A stretch of DNA of 64,000 nt, from positions 57,970,001 through 58,034,000 of the forward strand of contig OZ024747.1 of NCBI GenBank assembly GCA_964016885.1. Reading direction: 5' to 3'. Positions 47,661-61,448 of this stretch are shown here, one piece after another. Positions within the stretch are counted from its first letter, which is position 1. Each line of letters starts with the position of its first letter. This DNA comes from Eledone cirrhosa (lineage: Eukaryota). The translations under genes were made by a program, and so were the position numbers. The notes under the pieces are model-generated. The model was not told the origin of the DNA, searched no databases, and saw nothing but the letters and a program-made list of their open reading frames with translations.

Positions 47661-48048
47661 GTTTCAATAGAGATGTCAGTCATATTTCTGATTTCTTTAG
47701 GTTGACATTTCAAAATTTGAGAAACCCTGAAATATCAGACTGATACATTAACGTGTATTTGCTCATGATCATAAAGGTGGTACATTCAGAACCTGGTGAC
47801 ATCGTGCAATGTTTGGAATATGACCATCACGAAACTCCAATACTACTCTCTTGACATATATCTCTAGTCACTTGACTTCTCTCATCGTTCAAGACTTGAC
47901 TTCTCTCAGAAATTCCCACTATTTAAGGTATCTGACCGAGATATTTTATTAGTTTCCTCCAACGCTTCAATTTCATGTATAAGACCACAATAGAAATTAA
48001 AATTGGCATTCTCCAAGTTTCCTGTGATAGCACCACACACACAGACAC

Positions 48049-48110
<62 letters not shown>

Positions 48111-48169
48111 ACACACACACACACACACAGAGACACACACACACACACAAACACATGCACCCCCCCACA

Positions 48170-48360
48170 TATATATATATATCGACAGTCGATCGACTTT
48201 CGTAGAGGCGCGTGGCTGAGTGGTTAGAGAACTGGATTCACAATCGTGAGATTGGGAGTTCGATTCCCGAACCGTTGCTCCTTCTACCTGGAGTTGCGAC
48301 GGATAGATAGTATTAGCAATTGGAAATACCAACGGAAACATTGTTTCTTCGGTCCGATTT
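48170..48360 (+). mobile_element. SINE family B preceded by an inverted copy of its own 3' end
   Basis: tatatcgacagtcgatcgactttcgt (reverse complement of the 20886-20905-type tail) is joined to the head aggcgcgtggctgagtggttag...gttcgattccc. Confidence 0.7.
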
Positions 48361-49105
48361 TTTTTTTTGTTCTATATATATGTATATAGTTAGTTCAAGG
48401 AGACAAAAAGGAGAGGTACAAATTGCCTTATTAGTTTGACGCCTTATATTGGAAAGAGGAAAGAAGGTTCGAGGTGCCGGGATTAAGTCCTTGTTCAGGA
48501 ATACAAAATAGAGACCGGATCACAGAGGAGAAACAATTCGAAAATGAAGACAACATGTTTAGAAGACGGAATTTGAGTTTGGGAATTGAAGAGAATTAAT
48601 AACATTTGCACTATATTTTACTACAGAAAATGGTATAATAATACCCGACAGAAAAGAACATTGGATACCAACATGCGGGGGAATGAAACATATACATCCT
48701 CAAGAAAAATGTGCTAATGTGCTGGCCGAAGATTCGTGTAATCATCTAGCAAACCTATTCGGCACACACTTACTAATAGCATCTGCAAATATACTCAATT
48801 ACATATGAATATACATATATAATCAGAGATAAAATATAATCAGCCACACGTACACTCACGAAAGGGACTCCATCTGCACACACATAGCAGTGCCAAAGGC
48901 AATCTCGTGCTCACTGGCTCAGCACCCTACGCAACATGTTGAACTACTTGCCCAAGCAACTCAACCACCCTCATAAAACTTTTTTACGTTAAACTTTACA
49001 CCTTCTTTTCACGCGAAATTTCCAGTTTCTTTTACAACAAGCGTGATACTTATACGATTTTGTTATTGTAGTCTTGTGTTCATATTGTTTATATGTAACT
49101 ATGTG

Positions 49106-49155
<50 letters not shown>

Positions 49156-49157
49156 GA

Positions 49158-49232
<75 letters not shown>

Positions 49233-49259
49233 ACATATGTATATATGTATATGTTTATG

Positions 49260-49292
<33 letters not shown>

Positions 49293-49297
49293 GAGTC

Positions 49298-49350
<53 letters not shown>

Positions 49351-49529
49351 AAGTATATATCCCTACACGCAAAAAGCGTCCAGGGACACATGTATTGTCC
49401 AACCATATGCCAATGTGGTTCAATGGCAGGTTAATAAATTAACGAGCCAGAACATATATAATCAAGGTTTAGCAAATAAGAAAAAGTTTGAAAATAAATT
49501 TCAAAAAATTCACTGTACTCACTATGGTT

Positions 49530-49616
49530 ACCTTTACCGAATCGATTTCGAGTCTCAAAAATAAATGGACAGTCCTTGCAGGCTTCCATTGAAAAGATAA
49601 ACTCTCGTCAGAAGGT
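49530..49616 (-). ncRNA. Type I hammerhead ribozyme, extended stem II
   Basis: Minus strand: acctt CTGACGA GAGT...aatgga..tccatt...ACTC GAAA tcga-t-tcgg TA aaggt; GUA triplet. The host repeat (~49350-49680) ends in (TA)n. Confidence 0.8.
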
Positions 49617-50359
49617 TCTTTTCACTCGGAGAATATAAAATTCCCGAGTTCAAATTACGAACTGGCGCTATTCAAAAAGGTGTGTATGTGTGTATGTATG
49701 TGTACGTGTGTGTGTGAAGTATGCGTGTGTATGTGTAAGTGGCTGCACAATATTATCCTATTGTTCTCAATTCAAATTATCCCCCATACTCTATCTCTCC
49801 TCCTCACTATCATTTCCTTCTCTCACTTTTTCTCCCATCACTCAACTTACTATATGCCCCCTCACTCTCTTTCTCTCTCACACTCTCTATCTACCATATT
49901 AATTACATTTCCCTTCAAATTTCCTCTTGTTTTATTTCTCTATAGTATTCATATTTTAAACAATAGCGGCTTTTGTTTTCTGCAGTTGATTCTTAAGACG
50001 CTAATTGAAAACTGTAATATATCCGGTGTTAAACAATTGGAATGGCAGGCATGAGACAAACAAGTGGTATGTACCGGTATGTACGGCAGGAAAGTTTGAA
50101 GCAACGATGAATGCAACATTATTGGAACAATATTCACAATGAATCTCAGTTTTATAATTTACTTTCTCTCGCCATAGACACCTCTAACCTTCACCAGTCT
50201 CCTTTATCTTAGCCGTGGGACTTACTGAAGTTTGATTTATTTCATTCCTGATATTTTATTATTTCATTCCTGATATTTTGTTACTTCATCTCCGTACAAA
50301 CAAAATATTATCAATAAGTGCCTGTACATGAGTATATATGTATATACATATAATAATGT

Positions 50360-50442
<83 letters not shown>

Positions 50443-50452
50443 AATGTATATG

Positions 50453-50483
<31 letters not shown>

Positions 50484-50693
50484 TTAAGTCGTTTGGAAGC
50501 CTCGACAATGCAAATGGGTAAATCTCCGGGTAACAAGATCCGGTGGTGGAGAGAGAGATGTAAGTGGGTGTACGTTGAGATGCGTGGTGTGTAAAGATGT
50601 GTAAATGTTTAGAAGAAAGCAGGGAAGAGTATAAAGGATAAAATAAAAAGTATATATATATATACTGTATATGTATATACATATACATTATTA

Positions 50694-50729
<36 letters not shown>

Positions 50730-50762
50730 GTATATGTATATATATATACACGTGTTTGTGTT

Positions 50763-50793
<31 letters not shown>

Positions 50794-51307
50794 GTATATT
50801 CATATCTGTACAGAGTATATACGTGAGTAAATTGTACACGTTGCACTATTGTTTCTTTATTTCTTTATATACATAACGTAGTGTAGAGGCCAACAGTTCA
50901 TTTCAGTACAATACTTGTGCACCTGGTATCTTACACAATAGAATATCGTGTCATTATTTAATATTAATTTCGTCTGTAGCATTTCAACGGATGTTTCATA
51001 TGATGTATTTTACCACAATAATTGAAGAGAATGTTTGTTTTATATAATTACTCCAAGTTCCCTAGGAAGTAAAGGACCATTTCATGTAGTTACACCAGAT
51101 ACATTATAAGAAGTTTTCGCCTTTTGTAATTAAAAGAAACCGCATTCGTTGTTGATTCACCTTTTGTAGTTAACGTATCTACATTTAGTGGTTGTTTAGT
51201 TCTAAGTAGTTGAACCAAGTACTTTACGTACTGGGTTCAAAGCTTGATGTTATGTCAAATACGTACGATAAATACATGATCGCCTATAGATAAATCAAAG
51301 GAAAGAT

Positions 51308-51637
51308 TAATTTTTATATATATATATATATTAATTTATATATATATATATATATTAATTTATATATATATATATATATTAATTTATATATATATATATA
51401 TATTAATTTTTATATATATATATATATTAATTTATATATATATATATTAATTTATATATATATATATATATTAAGTTATATATATATATATTAATTTATA
51501 TATATATATATATATTAATTTATATATATATATTAATTTATATATATATATATATTAATTTATATATATATATATATATTAATTTCTATATATATATTAA
51601 TTTATATATATATATATTAATTTATATATATATATAT
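51308..51637. repeat. Minisatellite of TTAATT + (TA)n units
   Basis: About 15 variable-length units of ttaatttatatatata. Confidence 0.9.
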
Positions 51638-51869
51638 GTATAAACATAACGCACCAGCGTACTCGATATTCATGGTAGTAGAGTTGGTAATAGGAATCGA
51701 GTCAGGAACCCGACGGCTGAGCGTCGACCGTTTCCACAGCTACATCTAAAAAAAACCTAGTAGTGTGGGTTAGTTCAGATCTAGCTGTCGATACGGGCAT
51801 CGGGGTCTTGATTATTTTCCTATATATATATATATTTGCATGCATTTTTATATATTTTCCTATATATGT

Positions 51870-52200
51870 ATATTTGCGTTCTCCAAGATCCACATAACGA
51901 CGTATTATCTACGCTTTTTTCCGGTCATTGACAGGGAACGTCTTCATGAACCAAAGTATCGTCTTCCTGTTTTCCCTCGATTGCAATGATTTTGGAAATA
52001 TTTACTTCTGCCTTCACAGATTGAATTTTTTTTTTAGTTTCAGAAGATCCCGTTAAGGGTGGAAGCAGCAATTCTTTGCTTAAACTTTAATCTGTTATTT
52101 TAATAAATATTTACTTTAGGGTTTTTATATAATTGATATATATTTATCCGTATCGTGTCCTCTTTAGATGATAGTCTTCATATTTAATATTATTATTATT
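51870..52200 (+). mobile_element. Family C pLTR-like repeat
   Basis: agttt CAGAAGA tccc-gttaa-gggt GGAA gcagcaattctttgc TT aaact at 52036-52086; reverse complement of 3767-3990. Confidence 0.7.
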
Positions 52201-52229
52201 ACTATATATATATACATACATACATATAT

Positions 52230-52300
<71 letters not shown>

Positions 52301-52404
52301 TTTACACATACACCAATTAAACAAAGTCACAGTATATATGTATTTTTGCAACTTTTCACGATGTGGCTCAATGGAGAATTAATAAATTTATCAGAACGAA
52401 ATAC

Positions 52405-53099
52405 TATAGAGTAAAGCATGTCCAGAGAATTATTTGATAATATATATATATATATATACATCATCTCTACTCCCAATCAGCGTAATTAACCACACAAAAA
52501 AATCAATTTGACCAGGCTATAAGAATAAAATGCATCTATGAAGAAACAGTAAATAAATACTCCATCGTGGCGTCTTCGCGTGGAACCGCTATAGAATATT
52601 TACCCAACATTTCGACAGCACGTGGAAATTAATTAAATACACGGTCAACCATACATAATTAGGTAAATCACATACCAGGACTAAATCACTAAATCCCGAC
52701 CCTTTGGTTTCGCTCACTTTTGAGATACCTTATTTAAGGATCATACTCGAGTTGTAGAGCGATATTGGGCTGCGCTTTCTAGCAACCAACCCACTCGCCG
52801 TAAGCAACCGATAACACCCTTCCTGACTTGACCACTGCCAGGTCACAATTCTCAACCATTTTGAATTCGTGTTTGGCGGGGGCCACTTCAGAAAATAGGG
52901 AGTTTATCCCCTGAAGAGCTCTAAAACTCGAGTATGAACCTTAAATAAGACGCCACGATGGAGTATTTATTTACTGTTTCTTTATAGATGCCTTTTATTC
53001 TTATAGCCTCGTCTAATTGTGTGGTTAATTATGGTGATTGGGAGTAGAGATGATGTATATATATTATCAAATAATTCTCTGTACATGCTTTACTCTATA
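52405..53099. repeat. Element with ~160-bp inverted arms and a nested internal inverted repeat
   Basis: 52405-52576 vs 52948-53099; inner pair 52730-52760 vs 52918-52948. Confidence 0.85.
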
Positions 53100-53130
<31 letters not shown>

Positions 53131-53175
53131 ATCAATGATATTAATAAATGGAAACTATATTTATAAAACCATATT

Positions 53176-53236
53176 TATTCTATTATATTTATTTCAAGGG
53201 TACCAACTCTTTGGTACGCCCTCATCAGATAAAATA
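53176..53236 (-). ncRNA. Type I hammerhead ribozyme (family E), left arm
   Basis: Minus strand: tattttat CTGATGA gggcgtacc-aaagagtt-ggtaccctt GAAA taaata TA atagaata. Confidence 0.75.
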
Positions 53237-53356
53237 ACAGAGCTTGTTTTATAAATATTGACATATCCAGGAATGAGACCTTAACGGTTCAAGTTTTAGC
53301 TGGATAGTAAAACTTGAACCGTTAAGGATATGTCAATATTTATAAAACAAGCTCTG

Positions 53357-53417
53357 TATTTTATCTGATGAGAGTGTACCAAAGTTTTGGTACCCTTGAA
53401 ATACATATAATAGAATA
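53357..53417 (+). ncRNA. Type I hammerhead ribozyme (family E), right arm of the fold-back at 53139-53455
   Basis: tattttat CTGATGA gagtgtacc-aaagtttt-ggtaccctt GAAA tacata TA atagaata. Confidence 0.78.
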
Positions 53418-53537
53418 AATTTGGTTTTATAAATATAGTTTCCATTTATTAATATCATTAATATCATTGTCGAGTGCTTCGAATCTGTTATAAATGTATA
53501 TATTTGTTGAATTACCAACAAATTAAATATCCCTTTG

Positions 53538-53689
<152 letters not shown>

Positions 53690-54693
53690 TAGTGAATTTC
53701 CAACCTTTTATATGTAAGCGAAGTATACCCATGTGTGTTTGATCATGATATTAAACCAAAATAATTTAAGGTTTCATCTGTGGGAGTTAGTTCTTGGGTT
53801 GAATACATCAACGAAGCCCAAGAACGTATTTTGACTTTCCTTTTCTGTATTTTATACCTTAATGAAATAATTTCTTCTATTTTGTTAATTCAAGTATTTT
53901 AATGAAGGTTTAAAATATTTTAGTGAAATGAAATATCAAATATCTACGAGGATGTATTCATTTCGTTTAGTTAACTCAGGATTTTAAGGCAGCTTCATAT
54001 CACGTACTTTATGTGATATATCCTGTGGAGTGATTCTCTGATCTACGAGCTACACACTCTATCGAGTAACGTTATTCCAAATACCCTTCGGAGGATAACT
54101 ATCTCAGCCGATTTTATTCGCCATCGTATCGTTTCGTTCATATCTCAAGATTCATGACTAAAGGTAAGGGCTGCCCCGAACATCGAATTGATACCATAGC
54201 CGGGTTTGAAGTGGAATCATAATTGGTGGATGAAAAATCAGTCGGCAGGAATGTGCAGACTAGAAAATACATTATACAAACAATTTGAACCAAAACTCAC
54301 ACTTGAAAATATAAAATATAATCTGTGAAAGAAGATATATTTTCACTAGTACGTTGTATGTAATTATATTGTATTGCTGGTTATGAATTAAAAATAAATA
54401 TTTCAAAAGAATATCAATAATAACGAGTCGTTTCTAAAATTGTAACATAATAATTTCGGATGATAATATTCTAGATACTAATACTAAACTTACTACTTTA
54501 ATATTAGTACAAAGACTATAATAATAGACTAGTCTGATGTATATTCAGAATTTACTTGAAGAAAAAAAAGGTTGGCTGTTAGAAAATATCTTGTAAAAGT
54601 ATATATAACACCGTCTATAATTCCTTTTAGAATATGGAAATGAAAAGTATTATTATATCTGACTACATACATTTCCAATCACTTCGTGTATCT

Positions 54694-54752
<59 letters not shown>

Positions 54753-54767
54753 CCGTCTTACATGCAA

Positions 54768-54815
<48 letters not shown>

Positions 54816-54966
54816 ACACACACACAACCCATATGCATAAAATATGCAGTCTATTTTTTAAACATAAAGTTCACGTCTACAGCACATATCTTTGACTATA
54901 TAATATAGGCTAATAAGATAGAGATTTACTTAAATTAAGTTTCGTTATCGAGTTCTCATTAGTTTA

Positions 54967-55152
54967 TAATTGTTTCTACTATTGGCACAAGGCCAGCAAT
55001 TACCCAGTACATTACTGGTACTTTATTTTATCGACCCCGTAAGGATGAAAAGCAAAGTTAACCTCGGCGCGGGATTTGAACTCAGAATGTCAAGGGCCGT
55101 AACTCTATGCGTCAAAGCATTGTGTCCGACCCTCTACCGATACTGCCAATTC
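54967..55152 (-). mobile_element. SINE family A
   Basis: Reverse complement of the family A consensus. Confidence 0.8.
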
Positions 55153-56015
55153 ATTATAATGCCATATATTTAGGCAATGTTTATAGACCATATATATGAT
55201 AGTTTATAGGCTAAATTAAGTGACACCTTTCCCTAGCATGTGTATTTTCCTAAACTTACAAATGAATGCTGAACTATTAAACTAGGCCAATGTTTTATTG
55301 GGAAACCTGGCGTAAAATGTCCATGCCCATTCTGTAGCATTATACTTTAGAGAGTTTAATGTAATGGCTATCAGAGATTTCACAGGAAAGAGAAACAAAT
55401 TCTCGGATTATTATCGCTAGTAGCTTACGCTACGCGGTTTGGTGCCAACTAAGAATATTTCAAACAATGTACTGCTTCCATAAATACCTATTGCTTTCGA
55501 ACTCTATAGCAAATTAATCTATCTCTCACTATAATAGATATTGGTTGTTAAGTAATATTTAAATTTGGACCCAATTTAAACCGAAAATTGCTTTTGATTA
55601 ACGGAATACTCGGTCTAAAATAGTAATGTTACTTTTGGAATGCCTCCAGTTCAGATCAACTTGGGATTCTGAAATTCCTTCCAATGCTAAATAGAAATCT
55701 GGCGTTATTCCATAGAATCATCACCAAGAAAATATTTCCAACGAAGAAAGCAAATAATAGAAAAACACATCATTACTGGAAACTGACTACTCCACAGCAT
55801 GAAAATACACGGAAAAATTCAGTAAATATGGTGGTATATTTTCTAGCAATTAACTCTACGTAATTTGTTGTATACGGATGAAGTTGTCTTGACCATTTCC
55901 GTTCGCAACCGTCTTAGCTTGCTGGAATTCATTCTCATATTTCTTATAATGGTAATCACACGGTCCCGAAGGGGAACATACTAAAATGTTTGTAAGAACA
56001 GGATAGCAAGAACAA

Positions 56016-56112
<97 letters not shown>

Positions 56113-57342
56113 AATCAAATGCATCTGTTTATTTCCATATAGACAGTAATAACAATGATTGATTGTTATAGGCTGCAAAGATGATATATAATAAATACCT
56201 TCGATTTTCTTAGTGCCCATCTACTTTACTAATCTTAGCTAAACTTTCTCTTTCTCTCAGTACATTTCACTCTCTCTTTCTCTATGCATATATATTTGTT
56301 CGCGCGTGTGTGTTGTTTATGTAAGTGTTTGTGTGTATGTATGCATATCTACGCTCAGATATCACATATAGTTATATACTGCATGTACACAAAGAAATAT
56401 GTCTATTTTTGCGTGCCTGTACATATAATTGCTTTTGTTGTAACGATGCCATCTTTATCAGCCTACCATAAGTTCGACAGTGACAAGCCTGGAACTAGGT
56501 AATATGAAGACGGCAGATAATTTCCAAGTCAGTCTAATGACGAATAATTTGATGAAATTACTTTCCAATTATTAATGATTCGTTAATTATACAAAGAGAA
56601 ACCTCATTGAAATAAACTGAAACAGAAAAGATGATAGAAAAAATAACGAAAAAAATTATATAAAATAGATTTAAAATTAGTATGGCAAATCTCACTTCCC
56701 CTCAACCATTTTATTTCGATATTATAGTTTATTTAAAGACCACGATGATAAGATATTTGTATGTAAAGTGAATTAGAGATCAATAATAATCAAAATAGCT
56801 TGCCTATTAATATATCTGTACATATATGAATATATAGCTTCTTCTGCGATTATCTCAAGATTGATGCTTGCGTGTCTTTTTATCCATATTTTAAATATTT
56901 ATTGCTTTTGTTTCTATTTTACTTTGCTTTATGTTAATAAATACTTGAGTTCACTTTTAATGCACTTCCTTATGCAGAGGAGGGAGACTGTTTTAAATTA
57001 GGCAATATTTTAAACTGCCAACGATAAATTTGAATGCGATACCGCCGAAAGCCTATATTTCATAATGACGGTTGTGATCATGAAAATTACTTTGATGATA
57101 ATGATGGTGGAGGTAGTAGTGGCGGTGGTGGTGGTGGCGGCTGTGGTGGTGGTGGTGGTGGTGGTAGCAGTGTCAGTTGTATTAGCGATAGTAGTAGAGC
57201 TGTTAATGTTGATGATAGCTAAGATGGTATCGTTATGATTGTGATAGTGATGACGGTGCTACTCCTACTGATCTATTACATTGTTGATGCTCTAAAATTA
57301 TGGTGTAAGCGGCTGAGCATTCCACAGACACGTGCACCCTTA

Positions 57343-58140
57343 ACGTAGTGACGGACGCAGGTAGAACTCAGTTTTGTTAGCTGAGTGGCCACTAGAATCG
57401 AACTTACGCCCTTACAATCGTAAGCCAAATACCTTAACCTCTAATCCACGAGAATTCACACACACATACATCCATATATATATAAGTGAACACACATACA
57501 CAAACACACATACACACACATACACATATGGTGTTCGTTTGATAGGATTCTATATTATATATCTGTTTATGTGTTTGTGGTTTTGTAACTCTAGTCGTAC
57601 ATAACTTCTTGTAGCTAAAGTAATATAACAGCGGTAATATCATCATCAACACATCATCACCATCATTATTTCCCGTCGTTTTACGTGATCATTCCTGTAC
57701 ATTATCTTAGCTGTTTTCGTTTGTCAAGTTAATGAAACGTTCTTTAGTTTTCTGTATATCGTCACTCGCCTCAGGACTTAGCTGAATTCAGGTTATTTTT
57801 GTTCTCTTTTTATCTGAAAGATTAAGAAGTAAAAGGAAACAACCTCTTTCAATGTAACATTCAAAATATAAATAAACATACATATCTGATAAAATAAATA
57901 TAAATTAATGTAACAAATAGTAAACAGTGAAAGGAGATTTTACCTGATTCAAAGTAAGAAAGAAACAAACACAGCTATAACGAAGAAACTGGAATTTACA
58001 GAACGTAGTGACGCAGGTAGAACTCATTTTTGTTAGCTGAGTGGCCACGAGAATCGAACTCACGCCTTTACAATCGTAAGCCAAATACCTTAACCTCTAA
58101 GCCACGAGAATTCACACACACATACATCCATATATATAAG
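57343..58140. repeat. ~140-bp direct duplication of a minus-strand SINE head (57343-57487 and 58003-58140)
   Basis: cgcaggtagaactca.ttttgttagctgagtggccac.agaatcgaact...cacacacatacatccatatata is present twice. Confidence 0.8.
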
Positions 58141-58161
58141 TTGCACGGGATAAGGTATTTT

Positions 58162-58598
58162 GACTGTCACTACTCTAAAACAATAGCGTAAGGGCTTCGA
58201 AATGCTTTTAATTAAGCATACACTATATATACATTCATATATATATCGCTATTTCAGAGCACCAATTCTAATTTTCAATTTCTGCTTGACCGGCAACCGC
58301 TCTGTATAATCAGTTTCTGATTATTACTGGAATTCTATAAGAATCAAACATTCATAATTTTCAGCAAACAGGTGGAGTAGTTAGCTTTGATAAGCACTAA
58401 AAAGTGCGAAACAGAGCTCTGTCAGCTTTATCTCCCCTGTTTGCTGAAAATTGAAGTAAGTGAGACTGTCACTACTCAAAAACAATAGCGTAACGTCTTC
58501 GAAATGGGTTTACTTAAGCATACAGTGTATTGCAAAATACACTATATATACATTCATATATATATTGCTATTTCAGAGCACCAATTCTAATTTTCAAT
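58162..58598 (+). mobile_element. 1.4-unit tandem of a 302-bp HHR-containing repeat (retrozyme-like)
   Basis: gactgtcactactc...accaattctaattttcaat occurs at 58162 and 58464; the HHR lies between them, and the array ends at TA. Confidence 0.78.
58356..58452 (+). ncRNA. Type I hammerhead ribozyme, U3:A8 core, long extended stem I
   Basis: aattttcagcaaacagg-tggag-tagtt-agct TTGATAA GCACT-aaaa-AGTGC GAAA CAGAGCTCTG TC agct-ttat-ctcc-cctgtttgctgaaaatt; GUC triplet at 58421-23. Confidence 0.88.
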
Positions 58599-58614
58599 AT
58601 ATATATATACATGA

Positions 58615-58652
<38 letters not shown>

Positions 58653-59013
58653 GTAGGTGTGTGTGTGTGCATATATATATAGTGTTTGTGAGTGTGCGTG
58701 TGAATGACTAGCTATGTGACTCACTATGGCGTGCACGAGTAAATGCGTTTGGAAACGGCAATTGAGTGAATCAGGTAAAATACCACTAGAGAAGGTGAAG
58801 TGGGAAGATATGGCGGACAGGAATGGAATAAAACGTGTCACACGTGTACACAGGCACACCCATATTATCACATGATATATACGTATATACCGCTTCCATA
58901 CAAACAACAAATACACACGTTACATCATGGATTACATAAAGGAACCGTTGAAATATATATATGTGTATGTGTGTCTATGTATATATGCGTATATATATAT
59001 ATATATATAAATA

Positions 59014-59152
59014 TAACGAAGGAAATGTGGTAAGGAACCAGGTGGACCATAACGCACCAAAGTACTCAATACTTGGGGTAGTAGAGTGGGTAATAGGAAC
59101 CAGTAAGACCCCAACGGCTTGAGCTCAGCTGTCGGGGTCTTACTGGTTCCTA
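59014..59152. mobile_element. Family D pLTR end with a terminal fold-back
   Basis: taggaaccagtaagacccc...ggggtcttactggttccta hairpin turning in HHR stem III. Further copies at 51650-51820, 59997-60125 and 63553-63734. Confidence 0.8.
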
Positions 59153-59188
59153 TATATAAATATATATATATATATAAGTATGGATGGA

Positions 59189-59304
<116 letters not shown>

Positions 59305-59940
59305 TGTGTGTGTGTATGCGTGTATATAATAATCTGCGTAGATAGACATCAAAGGTTTTTCTTCTACTGATCTACACACAAATTAAATGCAATGCTAACG
59401 ATACTATAATTAAATCTCTTGTTGGAATTATTGTGATTGTGCTTCACATCTAATGCATGGTTCTTATTGGATATTGTTTTGCAGGTGAAGATTTGAGGAG
59501 CCTATTGGCTGTTTGATTGTGTTAGTGGAAAAAGAAAATATATATATATATATTTGCATATACATATATATACAAATGAGAGAGAGAGAGAGAGGATAGA
59601 TGAAATTGAGAGAGTAGCCGCCCCCAGTCGAAAAAAATCTGGGATGCATCAAATGTAAAAAAAAATACGGAAACAGCGTTTATTAGATAAACTGTTAAAA
59701 GCATTGCAATCCTGTGAACAGTAGAAGAGAAAAATAATACAAATATATATATATACAAATATACGACATAAGCAATGGTATTGTCATTTGCATGGATAGC
59801 ATTTGCATGTTGACCGGAGAGAGATAGACCTAACCTAGCAGTTGCAGGAATGACATACACAAGAGAAACACTGTTGTGGGTAGCAATAGCTTGTATAGGG
59901 TTTTACACTTTGCATGGTGATGGACATATATATATATATT

Positions 59941-59999
<59 letters not shown>

Positions 60000-60143
60000 C
60001 AAAGTAAGTGTGGTAAGAAACCAGGTGGACCATGATGCGCCAGAGTACTCGTCAATAATTAGGGTAGAGTAGGTAATAGGAAAAGAGTCAGGACCCCGAC
60101 GGCTGTGCTCCGGCCGTTACGACAGCCAGTTCCGTCTGTGTAT

Positions 60144-60177
<34 letters not shown>

Positions 60178-60596
60178 CTGTGTGTGTGTGTGTGTGCGAG
60201 AGGCAAGGCGATATTCAAATTATTCGTCATAATCTCTCTCTCCTTCTCACTACCACTTCCGTCTCACGCTTTTTCTCCCATCACTCAACTTACTATATGT
60301 CCCACTTACTCTCTAACAGTTTGTGAGTTTATGAATGTGTGTGTATTTCTCCATCGTTAAAAAAACAGTATTTTATAGTTTCAGTTTTTTATTAGGTCCT
60401 AGCTTGATTTGTTTACCAAGATCTCTACAATTTGTTTGCAGCGATACGTTTGCTAAGTCACGGATGTAATCAACATTCTTTCGTCGTATTTTTGACTAAA
60501 GAAATGTTAACCCAATAATGGGGTTTAGGACCCTCTAAGAAATGGAAAAGATGAGTATTAACATACATGTACTCTACTTTCTCTTCTATTTTTAAT

Positions 60597-60630
<34 letters not shown>

Positions 60631-60636
60631 CCCCCC

Positions 60637-60683
<47 letters not shown>

Positions 60684-60699
60684 TAAAATAACAGATTAA

Positions 60700-60750
60700 A
60701 GTTTAAGCAAAGAATCGCTGCTTTCACCCTTAACGGGATCTTCTGAAACT
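60700..60750 (-). ncRNA. Variant HHR fold (U4A core), family C
   Basis: Minus strand: agttt CAGAAGA t-ccc-gttaa-ggg-t GAAA gcag-cgattct-ttgc TT aaact. Confidence 0.55.
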
Positions 60751-60973
60751 AACAAAGTCAATCTGTAAACGCAGAAGTGAATATTTCAAAAAATGTTGCA
60801 ACCGGAGGAAGAAAGGAAGACGATACTTTGGTTCGTGGAAACGTTCCCTAGCAAAGAACGGGAACAAACGAATATAATACGTCAGTATTTGGAGCGGTGA
60901 AAAACAATTAGACGCAAAGACAAAACCACGTTTATGGTATAATATATATATGGATTTTATTCTTCAAATGTAT

Positions 60974-61061
<88 letters not shown>

Positions 61062-61154
61062 GGAACATTGGAAGGTAATATCCGTAGTGGTAGAGCACTC
61101 AGTCGTTGGGACGAGTTAGATATAAGTGTTTACTCAACAGTTAGTTCACCATAT

Positions 61155-61192
61155 CGAGAACAATTGTTTCACCATAGCGGTTCTTCAGCTCG
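61155..61192 (-). ncRNA. Minimal type I hammerhead ribozyme
   Basis: Minus strand: cgag CTGAAGA acc-gctat-ggt GAAA CAATTG TT ctcg; palindromic stem III ACAATTGT. Confidence 0.82.
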
Positions 61193-61228
61193 TAATGGAC
61201 ATTGTTATACGGAAAACCATGTCCATTA

Positions 61229-61266
61229 CGAGATGAAGATCCGCTAAGGTGAAACAATTGTTCTCG
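61229..61266 (+). ncRNA. Inverted partner HHR copy (C3 mutated to A)
   Basis: cgag ATGAAGA tcc-gctaa-ggt GAAA CAATTG TT ctcg; part of the inverted repeat 61132-61289. Confidence 0.65.
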
Positions 61267-61299
61267 ATATGGTGAACTAACTGTTGAGTTACCATTTCT

Positions 61300-61364
<65 letters not shown>

Positions 61365-61448
61365 CGTTTATACCGGGTTCAATCTGGGGTATCCACAGTA
61401 AGTAAGGTACTCAATACATAGCAGAGTATACATATTTAATATAGAAAT

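Noticed and set aside
48425-48505. Minus-strand CTGAACA-aggac HHR-like start
   Set aside because: The core is mutated and stems I and III cannot be formed convincingly.
51308-51637. Regularly spaced repeat resembling a CRISPR-like array
   Set aside because: The spacers are only variable (TA)n; this is a minisatellite.
57034-57222. Gly-rich ORF
   Set aside because: A (GGT)n microsatellite with no splice or homology support.
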